Source: Vicinamibacteria bacterium (GTDB lineage Bacteria; Acidobacteriota; Vicinamibacteria; Marinacidobacterales; Marinacidobacteraceae). Taken from it: a stretch of 64,000 bases of DNA. Numbering within the stretch: the first letter of the stretch is position 1; every line of letters starts with the position of its first letter. Positions 39,855-50,509 of this stretch are shown here, piece by piece. Made by a program: the position numbers and the translations under genes. The notes under the pieces were generated by a model that did no database searches, was not told the origin of the DNA, and saw nothing but the letters and a program-made list of their open reading frames with translations. The stretch spans positions 2,304,001-2,368,000 of the forward strand of contig OY821641.1 in NCBI GenBank assembly GCA_963555995.3, read 5' to 3'.

Positions 39855-41054
39855 CTAGAGGTGCTCCCGCACGTCCGCTTCGCCGATCTCCTCCCCCGGA
39901 CTCAGGATCAGGATCCGCTCCACGAGGTTGCGCAGTTCGCGCACGTTGCCGGGAAACGGCTGCCGGGCGAGGAGCGCGAGCGCGTCCTCGCTGAACGCGC
40001 GGGGCTGTCCTCCCGCCTCGAGCTGCTCCACGAAGTGGGCCACCAGTAGCGGCACGTCCCCGGAACGGTCCCGCAGGGGTGGCATCTCGATCGGGATCAC
40101 GTTCAGCCGGTGGAGAAGGTCGCTGCGGAAGCCCTCCTGCTCGAGGTCCTGGTTCGTGGCCGAGAGCACGCGGACGTCCACCTCGACCGACTTGGAGCCG
40201 CCGACCCGGGTGATGCGGTTCTCCTCGAGGGCGCGCAGCACCTTGGCCTGCGTCCGGGCGCTCATGTCCCCGACCTCGTCGAGGAAGAGCGTGCCCCCGT
40301 CGGCCTGCTCGAACTTGCCGACCATCTGGCGATGCGCCCCCGTGTAGGAGCCGCGTTCGGCGCCGAACAGCTCGCTCTCGATGAGCTCCTCGGGGATCGC
40401 CGCGCAGTTGACCTCGATGAACGGTCCGGAGGCCCGGCGGCTGGCCTGGTGGATCAACCGGGCGGCCACTTCCTTGCCGGTCCCGGACTCGCCGGTGATG
40501 AGCACCCGGACGTCGCTGGGCGCGACGCGCTCGATGCGCTCCCGCACGACGGCGAGGGCCGGTGATTCACCCACCAGTCGCCGGCCGCTCCCCGCGCGGC
40601 TGCGGTGCGTTTCCACCTCGGCGGCCAGGCGGCGGTTCTCGTTCTCGAGCCGCTTCCGTTCGAGCGTCCGCGTCTTGTCGATCGCCATGCGGAGACAGGC
40701 GCCGATGTCCCCTCCCCCGCCTTTTTCCAGAAAGTGCGCCGCCCCCTCCTGGATCGCCCGCACCGCGGTCTCGATGTCCCCGTGGCCGGTGTGCATCACG
40801 ACCGCCACCGAGGGCTTCTCGGCGCGGATGCGCCGGAGGACCTCCATCCCGTCCATGCCCGGCATCTTGATGTCCAGCACGACCAGATCGCAGGGATTGC
40901 GTTCCAGCGCCGCGAGGGCGTCCGGACCCGACGCCGCTTCGAAGACCGTCCAGCCCTCGTAGCGGAGCCGGCGGCGGAGCGACCGCCGGATGACCGCCTC
41001 GTCGTCAACGACGAGTACCGCGATGTCCTCGGCGCCGGACGCGGGAAGTGGCAT
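39855..41054 (-). CDS. Sigma54-dependent response regulator (REC + AAA+), no C-terminal HTH
   Basis: VVDDE, LDIKMP, GESGTGKE, ESELFG, GSYTGA, LFLDEVGDM, FPGNVRELRN. Confidence 0.92.
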   Translation of the reverse strand: MPLPASGAEDIAVLVVDDEAVIRRSLRRRLRYEGWTVFEAASGPDALAALERNPCDLVVLDIKMPGMDGMEVLRRIRAEKPSVAVVMHTGHGDIETAVRAIQEGAAHFLEKGGGGDIGACLRMAIDKTRTLERKRLENENRRLAAEVETHRSRAGSGRRLVGESPALAVVRERIERVAPSDVRVLITGESGTGKEVAARLIHQASRRASGPFIEVNCAAIPEELIESELFGAERGSYTGAHRQMVGKFEQADGGTLFLDEVGDMSARTQAKVLRALEENRITRVGGSKSVEVDVRVLSATNQDLEQEGFRSDLLHRLNVIPIEMPPLRDRSGDVPLLVAHFVEQLEAGGQPRAFSEDALALLARQPFPGNVRELRNLVERILILSPGEEIGEADVREHL

Positions 41055-41064
41055 ACGGCTGATG

Positions 41065-41538
41065 TTAGCCGCCCAACCCGGCGTGGACCCGCAGTCCCTC
41101 GAACCGTTCCGCCAGTGCCGCGGCCGCTTCCCCGCCGCCGGTCCGTTCCATGCCGGAGCGCGCGGCGTCCAGCAGCTTCCGGCATCCCCGAAGCCCCCCG
41201 AGTTCCTGCTTGAGCGCCGCGGCGGCGAGCTGGATGAACGCCCGCAGCGCCTCCCGCTCGGGCGCCTCCCCGTCCTCTCCCCGAGGCGCCGCCCGCCACA
41301 GCTCCTCCCACACCGCGTGGGCCTCCCACCAGTAGCGGGCGCGGAACAGCGCTTCGCCGTAGCGGAACAGCCGGGCGTCCGGGAGGGCGGCCAGCGGGAC
41401 CGGCGCCGCGGGGAGGAGGCCCGGCGGAAGCCGCTCGAAGAAGCGGTGTCCCGCGGGGTCCCGCTCCGGATGGGGCGTCCGTCCGGGGCGGTGCCGGTAC
41501 GGCGGAAAGGGGAGGTCCGACGTGTCCGGCGGTTTCAA
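41065..41538 (-). CDS. DUF309 domain protein
   Basis: PPYRHRPG..PHP, LF...YWWEAHAVWEELW, IQLAAA. Confidence 0.85.
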   Translation of the reverse strand: MKPPDTSDLPFPPYRHRPGRTPHPERDPAGHRFFERLPPGLLPAAPVPLAALPDARLFRYGEALFRARYWWEAHAVWEELWRAAPRGEDGEAPEREALRAFIQLAAAALKQELGGLRGCRKLLDAARSGMERTGGGEAAAALAERFEGLRVHAGLGG

Positions 41539-42542
41539 CGGTCGCGCCAGATCACGAACTCGGCGAGCGCTTCCAGCCCGTCCCGGTAGGAAGACGGCGG
41601 CACCGCCGCCAGCGCTTCCCGCGAGGCGGCGGCGAAGCCTTCCGCCACCCGGCGCGCCTCGTCAAGACCTCCCCGGCGCTCGACCAGCGCCAGGATCTCG
41701 TCCTGCTGCCCGGAGGCGAGCTCGCCGCTGTCGAGCACTTGCTCGACGAGCGGCACGGCCTCGGGTTCGCGTTCGAGGGCATGCAGGATCGGCAGCGTGA
41801 GGTGCCCTTCCTTGAGGTCGCTCAGCACCGGCTTGCCCACCATGGCGGCGCTCGCGGTGAAGTCGAAGAGGTCGTCCGCCACCTGGAACGCCATCCCGAG
41901 GTTCATGCAGGCATCGCCCAGCGCCCGCTCGACCTCGGGGGGGGCCTCGACCATCATCGCCCCCATCTTGCCGCAGCCGTGGAAGAGGTACGCGGTCTTG
42001 AGCCGCAGGATCCGCAGGTGCTCCTCGCGGGTCAGGCCGATGGTCCCGCCCCGCGCCTTTTCGAGGAGCATGCCCTCGATCATGCGCATGGTGAGGTCGC
42101 ACATGGTGGCGACGACCTGGGGGTTCTGCTGCTCGACGGCCAGCGCCATGGACTGGATGTAGAGGAAGTCGCCGATCAGGACGGTGAGGTCGTTGCCCAG
42201 CAGGCTGTTCAGCGAGGCCTGGCCCCGCCGGGTATCGGCCTCGTCGACGATGTCGTCGTGGACCAGCGTCGCGGTATGCATGATCTCGACCATCGCCCCG
42301 TAGGCGGGGGCGCTGGCGTGCGACCGGCCCTTGACCCCGTCGGCGGCGCGCGCCGCGATCAGCAGCAGCATCGGACGGAGGCGCTTGCCGCCGCTCCGGT
42401 AGAGGTACTGGCTCGTCAGCTTCACCAGTTCGAGGTCGCTCTCGACCCGCGCGGCCAGGATGCGCTCGACCTCGGCGAGGTCCGGACCCAGTTCCGCCTC
42501 CAACTCGGAGAGCAGGCTCCCGGGACTCGAAACGGACAGCAT
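41535..42542 (-). CDS. Polyprenyl diphosphate synthase (IspB/HepT-like)
   Basis: GGKRLRP, HDDIVD...RRG, KTA, FQVADDLFD. Confidence 0.94.
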   Translation of the reverse strand: MLSVSSPGSLLSELEAELGPDLAEVERILAARVESDLELVKLTSQYLYRSGGKRLRPMLLLIAARAADGVKGRSHASAPAYGAMVEIMHTATLVHDDIVDEADTRRGQASLNSLLGNDLTVLIGDFLYIQSMALAVEQQNPQVVATMCDLTMRMIEGMLLEKARGGTIGLTREEHLRILRLKTAYLFHGCGKMGAMMVEAPPEVERALGDACMNLGMAFQVADDLFDFTASAAMVGKPVLSDLKEGHLTLPILHALEREPEAVPLVEQVLDSGELASGQQDEILALVERRGGLDEARRVAEGFAAASREALAAVPPSSYRDGLEALAEFVIWRDR

Positions 42543-42568
42543 TTGCCTGAATTTGGCCCGCGATTATC

Positions 42569-43426
42569 TCACGCGGGGGACGCCGGATCGGCGACCGGCG
42601 CCGGTAGCCGGCGAACCCCGGACCCGAAGAAAAAGCGATGGAAGTTCGCGTCGGTCGCCGTCTCGATGTCCTCGACGTCCGCCGACCGCACGGCGGCGAG
42701 AGCGCGGGCGGTCTCGACCACCATGGCGGGTTCGGCCCGTTTCCCCCGGTGCGGCACGGGCGCCAGGTAGGGACTGTCGGTCTCCACCAGCAGGTGGTCG
42801 AGGGGCACGAGCGCGGCGGTCCGACGCAGGTCCTCCGCGTTCCGGAAGGTGAGAATCCCGGAGAACGAGATCAGGAAACCCCGTTCCCAGGCGGCCCGCG
42901 CCAGCCGTTCGCTCGCGGTGAAGCAGTGGAGGATGGCCCCGCAGTCGGCGAGGTCCTCCTCGTCCGCGATGCGGAGGAAGTCGTCCTCGGCGTCGCGGTG
43001 GTGCACGACGACCGGCAGTCCCAGTTCCCGGGCCGTCCGGATCTGGCGCCGGAACACGTCCCGCTGCTCGGGGCGCGGGCTCAGGTCGTAGTGGTAGTCG
43101 AGCCCCACCTCGCCGATGGCGAGCAGGCGCGGGCGGCGCGCGAGTTCGGCGAGTCGTTCCTCCCCGCCGAGTTCGCCGAAGAGCCGGGCGTCGTGGGGAT
43201 GACAACCGAGGGTCGTGAAGAGTTGCGGCGCCTCCCCCTCGGAGTGATCCGCCCCGTCCGGATGGAGCGCGTCCACCAGCCCGAAGGTGTCCTCCCACGA
43301 GCCTTCGCCGTCGAGCATGCCGATGGAAACGACCGTGGAAACCCCCGCGCGCGCGGCCCGCGCCAGCACCGCCCGCCGATCGGGACCAAAGGCCGGCTGG
43401 TCGAGGTGGGCGTGCGAGTCGGTCAT
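42569..43426 (-). CDS. tatD: TatD family hydrolase
   Basis: DSHAHL, GCHPH, IGEVGLDY, LHCF, ETDSPYLAP. Confidence 0.94.
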   Translation of the reverse strand: MTDSHAHLDQPAFGPDRRAVLARAARAGVSTVVSIGMLDGEGSWEDTFGLVDALHPDGADHSEGEAPQLFTTLGCHPHDARLFGELGGEERLAELARRPRLLAIGEVGLDYHYDLSPRPEQRDVFRRQIRTARELGLPVVVHHRDAEDDFLRIADEEDLADCGAILHCFTASERLARAAWERGFLISFSGILTFRNAEDLRRTAALVPLDHLLVETDSPYLAPVPHRGKRAEPAMVVETARALAAVRSADVEDIETATDANFHRFFFGSGVRRLPAPVADPASPA

Positions 43427-44604
43427 CGGGAGCCGCGCCCGGCGGAGTCGGGAAGCGGCGCCGCGAGCGCCTGCCGGTAGACCTCCTTCAGGGGGACGCC
43501 GGACTCCTCCGCGACGCGGCGGCAGTCCTCGAACTCGGGAGCGCGGTTCACCACCGTCCCCTCGCGCATCCCCAGCTTGAGCCCCACCGTTCCCCAGGGG
43601 GTCTCGACCGAAACCACCCGGCGCTCCAGCGTTTCCCGCTCGGCCTCGGTGATCCGGACGCCGAGCGTCGTGCTCTCCGCGAACAGCACCGACACCACCG
43701 CCTCCCGGCGGGGAGGGTCCACGAGCGCCGTCAGCGCGAGCCCCGGCCGGCCCTTCTTCATCTGCACCGGGGTGAAGAAGGCGTCCCGCGCGCCCGCCGC
43801 CAGCAGGCGTTCGAGCAGGTGCGGCGCGATCTCGGGCTGCAGGTCGTCGAGCGTCGCCTCGATGACGCCCACCGTCCTGCCGAGCCGGTCGGGAGCGGTC
43901 CCGAGCACCGCCCGCAACGCGTTCGGGCGTCCCTCCCGGGGGTCCGCGGTGCCGAGGCCGTAGCCGATGCGTTCCGGGGTCATCGCGGGCCAGCCGTCGA
44001 AGGAATCGGCGAGCCCGGTCAGGACCGCTCCCGTCGGGGTGGTGCGCTCGAAGCCGGACCCGTCGGAGAAGGTGGGAACGCCGCGGAGCAGCAGACCGGT
44101 GGCCGGCGCGGGGATCTCGAGCGTGCCGTGCTCGGCCTCGACCGAACCGCTGCCGAGATTGACGGCGGAAGCGACGACCCGGTCGGGGGCCAGGTGGGCG
44201 ACTCCGGCCACCGCGCCCACGATGTCCACCAGCGTGTCGAGCGAGCCCAGTTCGTGAAGGTGCACGGACTCCGCGGCCATCCCGTGGATCTGACCCTCCG
44301 CCTCGAAAATGCGCCGCAGCAGACGAGCCGCCCGCTCCCGGACCTCGCCGTCGAGCCCGCTCCGGTCCAGCACGCCGAGGAAATCGCGCAGGTAGCGGTG
44401 GCCGCGGTCGTCCGGCGCCTCCACGTGCGCCTTGATCCCGCGGAGTCCGCCGCGCGCGTCCTCTTCGAACGCGACCGAAACGGGAGAGCGCAGCGCGGCG
44501 ACCGTCTCCGAAAGGACCTCGGGCGGCACTCCCACGTCCACGAGGGCGCCGAGCAGCATGTCCCCCGAGACACCGGAGGACAGGTCGAGAAACAGGACGC
44601 GCAC
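43423..44604 (-). CDS. larC: Nickel-pincer cofactor nickel insertase
   Basis: SGVSGDMLLGAL, HLHELGSLDTLVDIVG, PAPAT, TPTGA, MKKGRPG, ESTTLGVR, PEFEDC. Confidence 0.93.
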   Translation of the reverse strand: MRVLFLDLSSGVSGDMLLGALVDVGVPPEVLSETVAALRSPVSVAFEEDARGGLRGIKAHVEAPDDRGHRYLRDFLGVLDRSGLDGEVRERAARLLRRIFEAEGQIHGMAAESVHLHELGSLDTLVDIVGAVAGVAHLAPDRVVASAVNLGSGSVEAEHGTLEIPAPATGLLLRGVPTFSDGSGFERTTPTGAVLTGLADSFDGWPAMTPERIGYGLGTADPREGRPNALRAVLGTAPDRLGRTVGVIEATLDDLQPEIAPHLLERLLAAGARDAFFTPVQMKKGRPGLALTALVDPPRREAVVSVLFAESTTLGVRITEAERETLERRVVSVETPWGTVGLKLGMREGTVVNRAPEFEDCRRVAEESGVPLKEVYRQALAAPLPDSAGRGSR

Positions 44605-44745
44605 GGACAGCGGCGGATTCTAGAAGCGCGCCGGCCCATCCCGGCGGACTCGGCGCCCACGGATTCCGGAGCGGATAGGCTTGGCGGCGCAGTTCACCCG
44701 GTTGCCGGACCGGAATGACCGTGGCGCCGGCGGCCGCTTCCGCTC

Positions 44746-45222
44746 ATGAGCACGTTCGTCCCCACGCCGCCGAGCGCCGCCTCGATGCGCGAGGAGGCGT
44801 TCCGCCGCCTCGAGGAGTTCACCCGGGAACGGGGACTCAAGAAGTCCCGCCAGCGGGAACTCATCCTGGACCGTTTCCTGGGGCTGGGCGGACACGTCTC
44901 GGCCGACGATCTGCACGGCGACGTGCGGGAAGCGGACGCCTCGATCGGCCGCACCACCGTCTATCGCGCCCTGCGGCTGTTCTGCGAAGCGCACATCGCC
45001 TCCTCGATCGACCTGAAGGACGGGCTGACCCGCTTCGAGCCGGCGCTGTCCCGCGGGCACCACGACCACCTCATCTGCGTCCGCTGCGGCCGGATTGACG
45101 AGTTCCTCTCGGAACAGGTGGAGCGGCGGCAGGAGGAGATCGCGGCGGAGCACGGGTATCGGCTGGTGTGGCACCGCCACCAGCTCTACGGCGTCTGCGG
45201 GAACTGCGACAAGCAAGGCTGA
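44746..45222 (+). CDS. Fur family transcriptional regulator
   Basis: QRELIL, TTVYRAL, HHDHLICVRCG, YGVCGNC. Confidence 0.93.
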   Translation: MSTFVPTPPSAASMREEAFRRLEEFTRERGLKKSRQRELILDRFLGLGGHVSADDLHGDVREADASIGRTTVYRALRLFCEAHIASSIDLKDGLTRFEPALSRGHHDHLICVRCGRIDEFLSEQVERRQEEIAAEHGYRLVWHRHQLYGVCGNCDKQG

Positions 45223-45229
45223 CGGCGGA

Positions 45230-45973
45230 TCACAGTTCGCCGGCTTCGCTGAAGCTGTGCCACTTCCCGGCGCCGATCACAAGGTGATCGAGCACCGGGA
45301 TCCCCATGATCGCTCCCGCTTCCTGGAGGCGCCGGGTGAGCTGCCGGTCCGCGTCCGAGGGCTCGGGATCGCCCGACGGGTGATTGTGGAAGAGGATCAG
45401 CGACACCGCCTGGTAGGCCGCCGCCAGCCGGAAGAGATCGCGGGGGTGGACGGGAGCACCGGTCAGCGAACCCCGCGAGATGATCTCGGCCCGGCGCAGG
45501 CAACCGCGGCTGTCGAGCATCAGGACGCCGAACTCCTCGACCTCGCGGTTCCCGAAGCGGGCGATGAGGTAGCGCGCCACCTCCGCCGGACCGCAGAAGC
45601 AGGGGATCTGCTCGTCCGTGGGATAGCCCGCGCGGCGTCCCAGTTCGAGGGCGGCCGCCAGCCGGACGAGCCGCGCCCGGGAGAGCCCGGACCGGCGCGC
45701 CAGGTGGCCGAGCGGCGCCTGGCTGAGCGGCGCCACGCCGCCCAGGTCGTCGAGCAGGCGGCGGGCGAGGCCGTCTCCGCCCGGCCCCAGCACGAGACCG
45801 AGCAGTTCGGCGCTGGTCAGGGATCGCGCCCCGTTCTCGAAGAGCCGGTTGCCGGGCGTGTCCGCCGGGACGCGCCGCCGGCGTTCCGGGACTCGGGCCG
45901 GATATCGCGGCGCCCGTCGCCGGGACGGAGTTCCGGGGGCGGCGGGCCGGCGGTGCGGAGCCGGACTCTTCAA
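45230..45973 (-). CDS. radC: RadC family JAB-domain protein
   Basis: SLTSAELLGLVL, AALELGRR, HPRDLF, HNHPSGDPEPSDAD, LDHLVIG. Start uncertain; TTG overlapping the upstream TGA chosen. Confidence 0.88.
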   Translation of the reverse strand: MKSPAPHRRPAAPGTPSRRRAPRYPARVPERRRRVPADTPGNRLFENGARSLTSAELLGLVLGPGGDGLARRLLDDLGGVAPLSQAPLGHLARRSGLSRARLVRLAAALELGRRAGYPTDEQIPCFCGPAEVARYLIARFGNREVEEFGVLMLDSRGCLRRAEIISRGSLTGAPVHPRDLFRLAAAYQAVSLILFHNHPSGDPEPSDADRQLTRRLQEAGAIMGIPVLDHLVIGAGKWHSFSEAGEL

Positions 45974-46560
45974 GCCGGGGGGCGGCAGCGCTGGCGAAAA
46001 GCCCGCGCGGTGGAACACACCCCGTCCATCCACGCGGCGTAGGGGGAAGCGTCCAGGGCGGGCGCGAACCCGGCGCGGAGGAGGACCTGCTCCGAGGCGG
46101 GGTTGCCGGGCGTCACCAGGGCGAACAGGTCGGCCCCCCCGAAACGGACCCCGGCGAACCGCACGGCGCTCCGGACCGCCTCGGTGGCGTAGCCGAGCCC
46201 CCACACCGGCCGGGCGAAGCAGTAGCCGATCTCCACGAGGCCGGGCGCCCGCTCCAGCAGTTTGAGACCGCCGCGGACCCGGGCGCTCTTCCGCTCCACC
46301 ACCGCGAGATCGACCTGCGAGGTGTCCGGCGCGCGTGTCCCGGCGATCGCGCGCCGGAGGAAGGCGAGCGTTTCCGGCGCCGCGTTCGGCCCCCAGCGGA
46401 GGTGCCGGGTCACCTCGGGGTCGCTCGCGTACTCGTGGACGTCGGCAAAGTCCGACTCCCGGAACGGACGCAGGATGAGCCGCTCGGTCGCGAGCGGCAG
46501 GCCGGGCGGCCAGCCTCCGGCGGCCCCCGGAGACGACGCACCCGGGCGGGGGGAGTTCAC
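45970..46560 (-). CDS. GNAT N-acetyltransferase (RimJ/RimL-like)
   Basis: TERLILRPF, EIGY, WGLGYATEA, NPASEQVL. Confidence 0.88.
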   Translation of the reverse strand: MNSPRPGASSPGAAGGWPPGLPLATERLILRPFRESDFADVHEYASDPEVTRHLRWGPNAAPETLAFLRRAIAGTRAPDTSQVDLAVVERKSARVRGGLKLLERAPGLVEIGYCFARPVWGLGYATEAVRSAVRFAGVRFGGADLFALVTPGNPASEQVLLRAGFAPALDASPYAAWMDGVCSTARAFRQRCRPPA

Positions 46561-46603
46561 GGGGGCGGGCGCGCTGCCATCGCCGGGGGATGCGACAACC
46601 GGC

Positions 46604-47053
46604 TCAGCCGGCCGACTCCGCCGCTCGCTTCAGATCTTCAAGGTCCTGTTCGAGCGTCTTCTTCACGCTCTTCAGCATCAGCCCGCTGAACACCGAGAAC
46701 AGCCGGGCGGCGAAGGTCAGCGGACGGGCCCCGAACCCGAACGTGACCCGGGTCCCGTCTCCCTCGGGAACGAAGGTGATTCCGGTCCGGTAGCGCGCCC
46801 CGTGCGATTCGGCCTCGACCACGTAGGAGCGGGGCGGATCGAAGCCGGTGACCCACATCTCCTCGGTGGCCTGCTTGCCGTAGAGCGTGCGGGTCTCGCG
46901 CCAGCGGGTTCCCTCTCCGAAGGGGCCGTCGCTCAGGACTTCCACCGAGTCGATGCCGGACATCGTTTCCGGCAGGCCCGAGAGATCGGTCGCGACCTCG
47001 AAGACGCGCTCGGGAGACGCCGCGATGGTCGTTGCGACTTCTACGCTCGCCAT
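46604..47053 (-). CDS. SRPBCC family protein
   Basis: IAASPERVF, GTRWRETR, GTRVT, DLEDLKRAAE. Confidence 0.85.
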   Translation of the reverse strand: MASVEVATTIAASPERVFEVATDLSGLPETMSGIDSVEVLSDGPFGEGTRWRETRTLYGKQATEEMWVTGFDPPRSYVVEAESHGARYRTGITFVPEGDGTRVTFGFGARPLTFAARLFSVFSGLMLKSVKKTLEQDLEDLKRAAESAG

Positions 47054-47093
47054 GGGCCGGGGAGTCTAAGGCGGGCGGACCGACCCGCGCGGA

Positions 47094-48494
47094 TCAGTCG
47101 GGAACGCGGGGATAGCGGGTGGTGACTCCGCCGGACGTGAGGGTCAGCGCGGGCGCGGTGTCGTCCGGCCCCGACTCGCAGACGATCCGCGTGAAGGGGT
47201 CGCCCTCGGGATGGAAGACCCCGTCCCCCACCGGCGCCAGCCGCTCGCCGAAGCCGAACAGCGATCCGTCCTCGAAGCGGAGCGTTACCGGCGACCGGCC
47301 CGGATCGTAGGTTCCGGCGCAGCGGCGGAGTTCGGCCTCGGGAACCTCGATCTCGTTCACCTCCGGCTGCTCCATTCCGAGCGCCGCCCGGGCGATCCGG
47401 TTCGCGAGCACGCCGGGTCGGCCGGAACCGGAGTTGATGAGGACGGCGACGCCGAGGTCCGCCTCGGGATAGAACGCGAGCTGCGCGCGGAAGCCGTTGA
47501 TCCCGCCGCCGTGGGACACCCGGGCGAGCCCGTGCTCCTCCCCGAGCGAAAGCCCGTAGCCGTAGTGGACCGGATCGCCGTTCACGAGCGTTCCGCGGGC
47601 CGTCATCCGCGCGTAGCCGGTCGCGCTCACCGCCTGCCCGGAGGCCAGCGCCCGCTGCCAGGCGAGGAGATCCAGCACGCTCGCGCCCAGCGACCCCGCG
47701 GCGTAGGGCAGCTCCATGCTGAGCGGCTCGTCGTTCACGAAGCCGCCGTCGTCGCCGACTTCGTAGCCCTCGGCCCGCCCGGGCACGAGGGGGCCGTTCC
47801 GGAGGTAGTGGGTCCGCTCGAGGCCGAGGGGTTCGAAGAGCCGCGTCTCGAGGAACTCGGTGTAGCTCATCCCCGAGAGGCGTTCGATGAGGACCCCGAG
47901 CAGGTAGTAGCCGGAGTTGTTGTACTGGTAGCGGTCGCCGGGCTCGAACTCGAAGGGCGGCTCGGAGAACAACTCCAGCATGCCCTCGTGGCCGAGGTCG
48001 AGACGGGAGCGCTCCCAGAACTCCGGCATCTCCGTGTAGCCCTTGATCCCCGAGGTGTGGTTCAAGAGGCGCTCGACCGGCACCGCGAAACCCTGGGTGT
48101 CGTAGTCGGGCAGGTACTCGCGCAGGTCGGCCGACAGGTCCAGCTTGCCCTCCTCGGCCAGCAGCATGGCGGCAGCGGCCGTGAACTGCTTGGTGACCGA
48201 ACCGATGCGATACACGGTGTCCGCGGTCGCGGGGACCTCGTTTTCCAGATCCGCGTAGCCGAAACCGCCCGCGAAGACGACCTCGCCGCCGCGCTGCACG
48301 CCGACCGAGATCCCGGGGGCCGGATGGTCGCGGAGCGCGTCCTGGGCCAGGTCGTGGATCTGACCGGCGAGTTCGGCCCACCCGTCGGGCGCGGGGGGAT
48401 CCGCCGGGGGCGACCCGCAGGCGACCAGGAGCGCGGGCGTCAGGAGGACCGGTATCCGGCGCAACGGGGGCTTTCGGCGCATGCCCCCGATCAT
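47094..48494 (-). CDS. Serine hydrolase, beta-lactamase class C family lipoprotein
   Basis: Lipobox LVAC, IGSVTKQF (SxxK), LLNHTSG, YNNSGY, HGGG. Confidence 0.92.
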   Translation of the reverse strand: MIGGMRRKPPLRRIPVLLTPALLVACGSPPADPPAPDGWAELAGQIHDLAQDALRDHPAPGISVGVQRGGEVVFAGGFGYADLENEVPATADTVYRIGSVTKQFTAAAAMLLAEEGKLDLSADLREYLPDYDTQGFAVPVERLLNHTSGIKGYTEMPEFWERSRLDLGHEGMLELFSEPPFEFEPGDRYQYNNSGYYLLGVLIERLSGMSYTEFLETRLFEPLGLERTHYLRNGPLVPGRAEGYEVGDDGGFVNDEPLSMELPYAAGSLGASVLDLLAWQRALASGQAVSATGYARMTARGTLVNGDPVHYGYGLSLGEEHGLARVSHGGGINGFRAQLAFYPEADLGVAVLINSGSGRPGVLANRIARAALGMEQPEVNEIEVPEAELRRCAGTYDPGRSPVTLRFEDGSLFGFGERLAPVGDGVFHPEGDPFTRIVCESGPDDTAPALTLTSGGVTTRYPRVPD

Positions 48495-50410
48495 AGGATC
48501 TTTCTGAAATTCCCCACCCGGACCGTGACCCGCTCCCGGTCCAGCCATTCGAGCAGCGGGATCGCGTGCTTGCGGCTGAGGCCGAAACGCTCCTTGAACC
48601 AGGCAACGTCAATCCGCGGGTCCACGGCGGCCCGTTCGGCAACCGCGCGCCGGACCTCGGCGATCCGCGCGGCGTCGAAGTAGAGGTCGGGGCTCACGTC
48701 CACCACCCGGCCCTCGCTCAGGAGCAGGCGCCGCAGGTCATCCACGAGGTCGGTGGGCACCCCGAGCCGTTCGGCCGCCTCGCCGAGGGTCGGGGGCTTA
48801 CATCCCCCCTCGGCCAGCAGGCGCGCGAAGCCGTCGGAGGCGCGCCGCTCCTCGTTCGTCAGCTCGATGCGCCGGCCCGCCGTCCCCACGGCGTGCCGCG
48901 TGAGCTCCACGGCGCCCGCCTCGGCGAGCCCCCGGAGCGCGCCGTCCGCCACCGCGGCGGGAACGCCGGTCTGTTCCCGGAGCTGTTCGAGCGGCATTCC
49001 CGCGCGCCGCCGGTGGTCCGACTCCCAGGCGGCGAGCCGGGCGAGGATGCGGTCCTCGAGGGACCGGACGTTCCCGGCCGACAGGAAGACCCGTCCGCCC
49101 CCGCCGGACGGCGCGCTCTCGCCGAGCGCCTCGATTTCCCCGCGCCCCGCGAGTTCCGCGACGACCCGTTCCGCGTCCAGCGCCCGGATCCCCAACCGGC
49201 GGCGCAGCACCGTTTCGCCGAGTCCGCGGATGCCGGCCTCCTCGATGAAGGCGGCGGCGGCGCAGGCGTCGGTCACCCCGTCGAGCGCCGCCACCCGGTC
49301 GCGAGCTTCCAGGCTCCGGGGAGAGCGCTTCGGCGGCAGGGCGTCCAGGATCCGGCCGCCGCCGATGGTGATCACCGGGGAGTAGCGCCGCATGATGAAG
49401 CGGTCCCCCCGGACGGCGGCCAGCGGCGTCTCGAGGCGCAGCTGCACCAGGCCGGAGTCTCCGGGAGCGAGCGCCCCGGCTCCCCCGAGGAGCCGCACCC
49501 GGGCGAGGGAGGTGGCGGTGCCGACGTGGAGGTGGACGCGGTCCTCATCCTGGACCGGCCCGGACGCCCACCCGAGCACCTCGAGCCGGGCGTCGAGCAT
49601 CCGGGTCGCACTCAACTCGCCGGGCGAGGCGACGACGGATCCGCGATCCACCCGGAGGCGGCCGCCGGCGGCGAGGTTCAGGGCGGCCCGCTGCCCGGCG
49701 TGCGCCGACTCGACCGAAACGCCGTGGACCTGGAGTCCCCGGACCCGGGCGCGCGCTCCCCCGGGGAGAACTTCCACCTCGCTCCCGGCCGCGACGCCGC
49801 CCGATACCAGCGTCCCGGTGACCACGGAACCGAAACCGCGCATGGTGAAGGCCCGGTCCACCGGCAGCCGGAAGGGGCCCGAGGCGTCGCGGAGCCCGGC
49901 CGCGCCGGCCGCCGCCGCGAGCGCGCCGCGGAGCTCGTCGAGCCCCGCCCCGGTCTTCGAGGAAACCGGAACGAGCGGCGCCTCCGCCAGGGCGGAGCCC
50001 GCGAGCAGTTCGCGCACCTCGAGGGCGGCGATCTCGATGAATTCGGGATCCTCCACGAGGTCAATCCGGGTCAGCGCCACCACCGCCGACCGCACGCCGA
50101 GCAGCCGGCAGATCTCGATGTGTTCGCGGGTCTGGGGCATCACCGACTCGTCCGCGGCCACCACCAGCAGCACCACGTCGAACCCCGAGGCGCCGGCGAG
50201 CATGTTGCGCACGAACCGCTCGTGGCCGGGAACGTCCACGAAGCCGTAGTTCACGCCCTCGTGCTCGAGATGCGCGAAGCCGAGGTCCACGGTGATGCCG
50301 CGGGCCTTCTCCTCCTTCAGCCGGTCCGGGTCGGTGCCGGTGAGGGCCAGCACCAGCGAACTCTTCCCGTGGTCAATGTGGCCGGCGGTCCCGACCACCA
50401 CGTTTCTCAA
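48491..50410 (-). CDS. selB: Selenocysteine-specific elongation factor
   Basis: [40 protein letters not shown], winged-helix C-terminus [14 protein letters not shown]. Start TTG 50410 or GTG 50413. Confidence 0.95.
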   Translation of the reverse strand: MRNVVVGTAGHIDHGKSSLVLALTGTDPDRLKEEKARGITVDLGFAHLEHEGVNYGFVDVPGHERFVRNMLAGASGFDVVLLVVAADESVMPQTREHIEICRLLGVRSAVVALTRIDLVEDPEFIEIAALEVRELLAGSALAEAPLVPVSSKTGAGLDELRGALAAAAGAAGLRDASGPFRLPVDRAFTMRGFGSVVTGTLVSGGVAAGSEVEVLPGGARARVRGLQVHGVSVESAHAGQRAALNLAAGGRLRVDRGSVVASPGELSATRMLDARLEVLGWASGPVQDEDRVHLHVGTATSLARVRLLGGAGALAPGDSGLVQLRLETPLAAVRGDRFIMRRYSPVITIGGGRILDALPPKRSPRSLEARDRVAALDGVTDACAAAAFIEEAGIRGLGETVLRRRLGIRALDAERVVAELAGRGEIEALGESAPSGGGGRVFLSAGNVRSLEDRILARLAAWESDHRRRAGMPLEQLREQTGVPAAVADGALRGLAEAGAVELTRHAVGTAGRRIELTNEERRASDGFARLLAEGGCKPPTLGEAAERLGVPTDLVDDLRRLLLSEGRVVDVSPDLYFDAARIAEVRRAVAERAAVDPRIDVAWFKERFGLSRKHAIPLLEWLDRERVTVRVGNFRKIL

Positions 50411-50509
50411 CACCCCGGGGGAAGACCACCCCGCTTGGTCTTCATGACCCGGTCGCCACCGAATCGCGTGTTCACGACGGGGGCGGGGTGCTCTTCCCCC
50501 GGGGTGCTG
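50408..50509 (-). ncRNA. 27-bp stem enclosing a 48-nt multi-hairpin RNA (possibly Acido-Lenti-1-like) in the selB leader
   Basis: Arms 50408-34 and 50483-509 are complementary at 25 of 27 positions. The Rfam identity is from memory only. Confidence 0.55.

Noticed and set aside
45230-45973. radC as a marker of a mobile or anti-defence island
   Set aside because: Full-length chromosomal type among housekeeping genes; no integrase or att sites seen.
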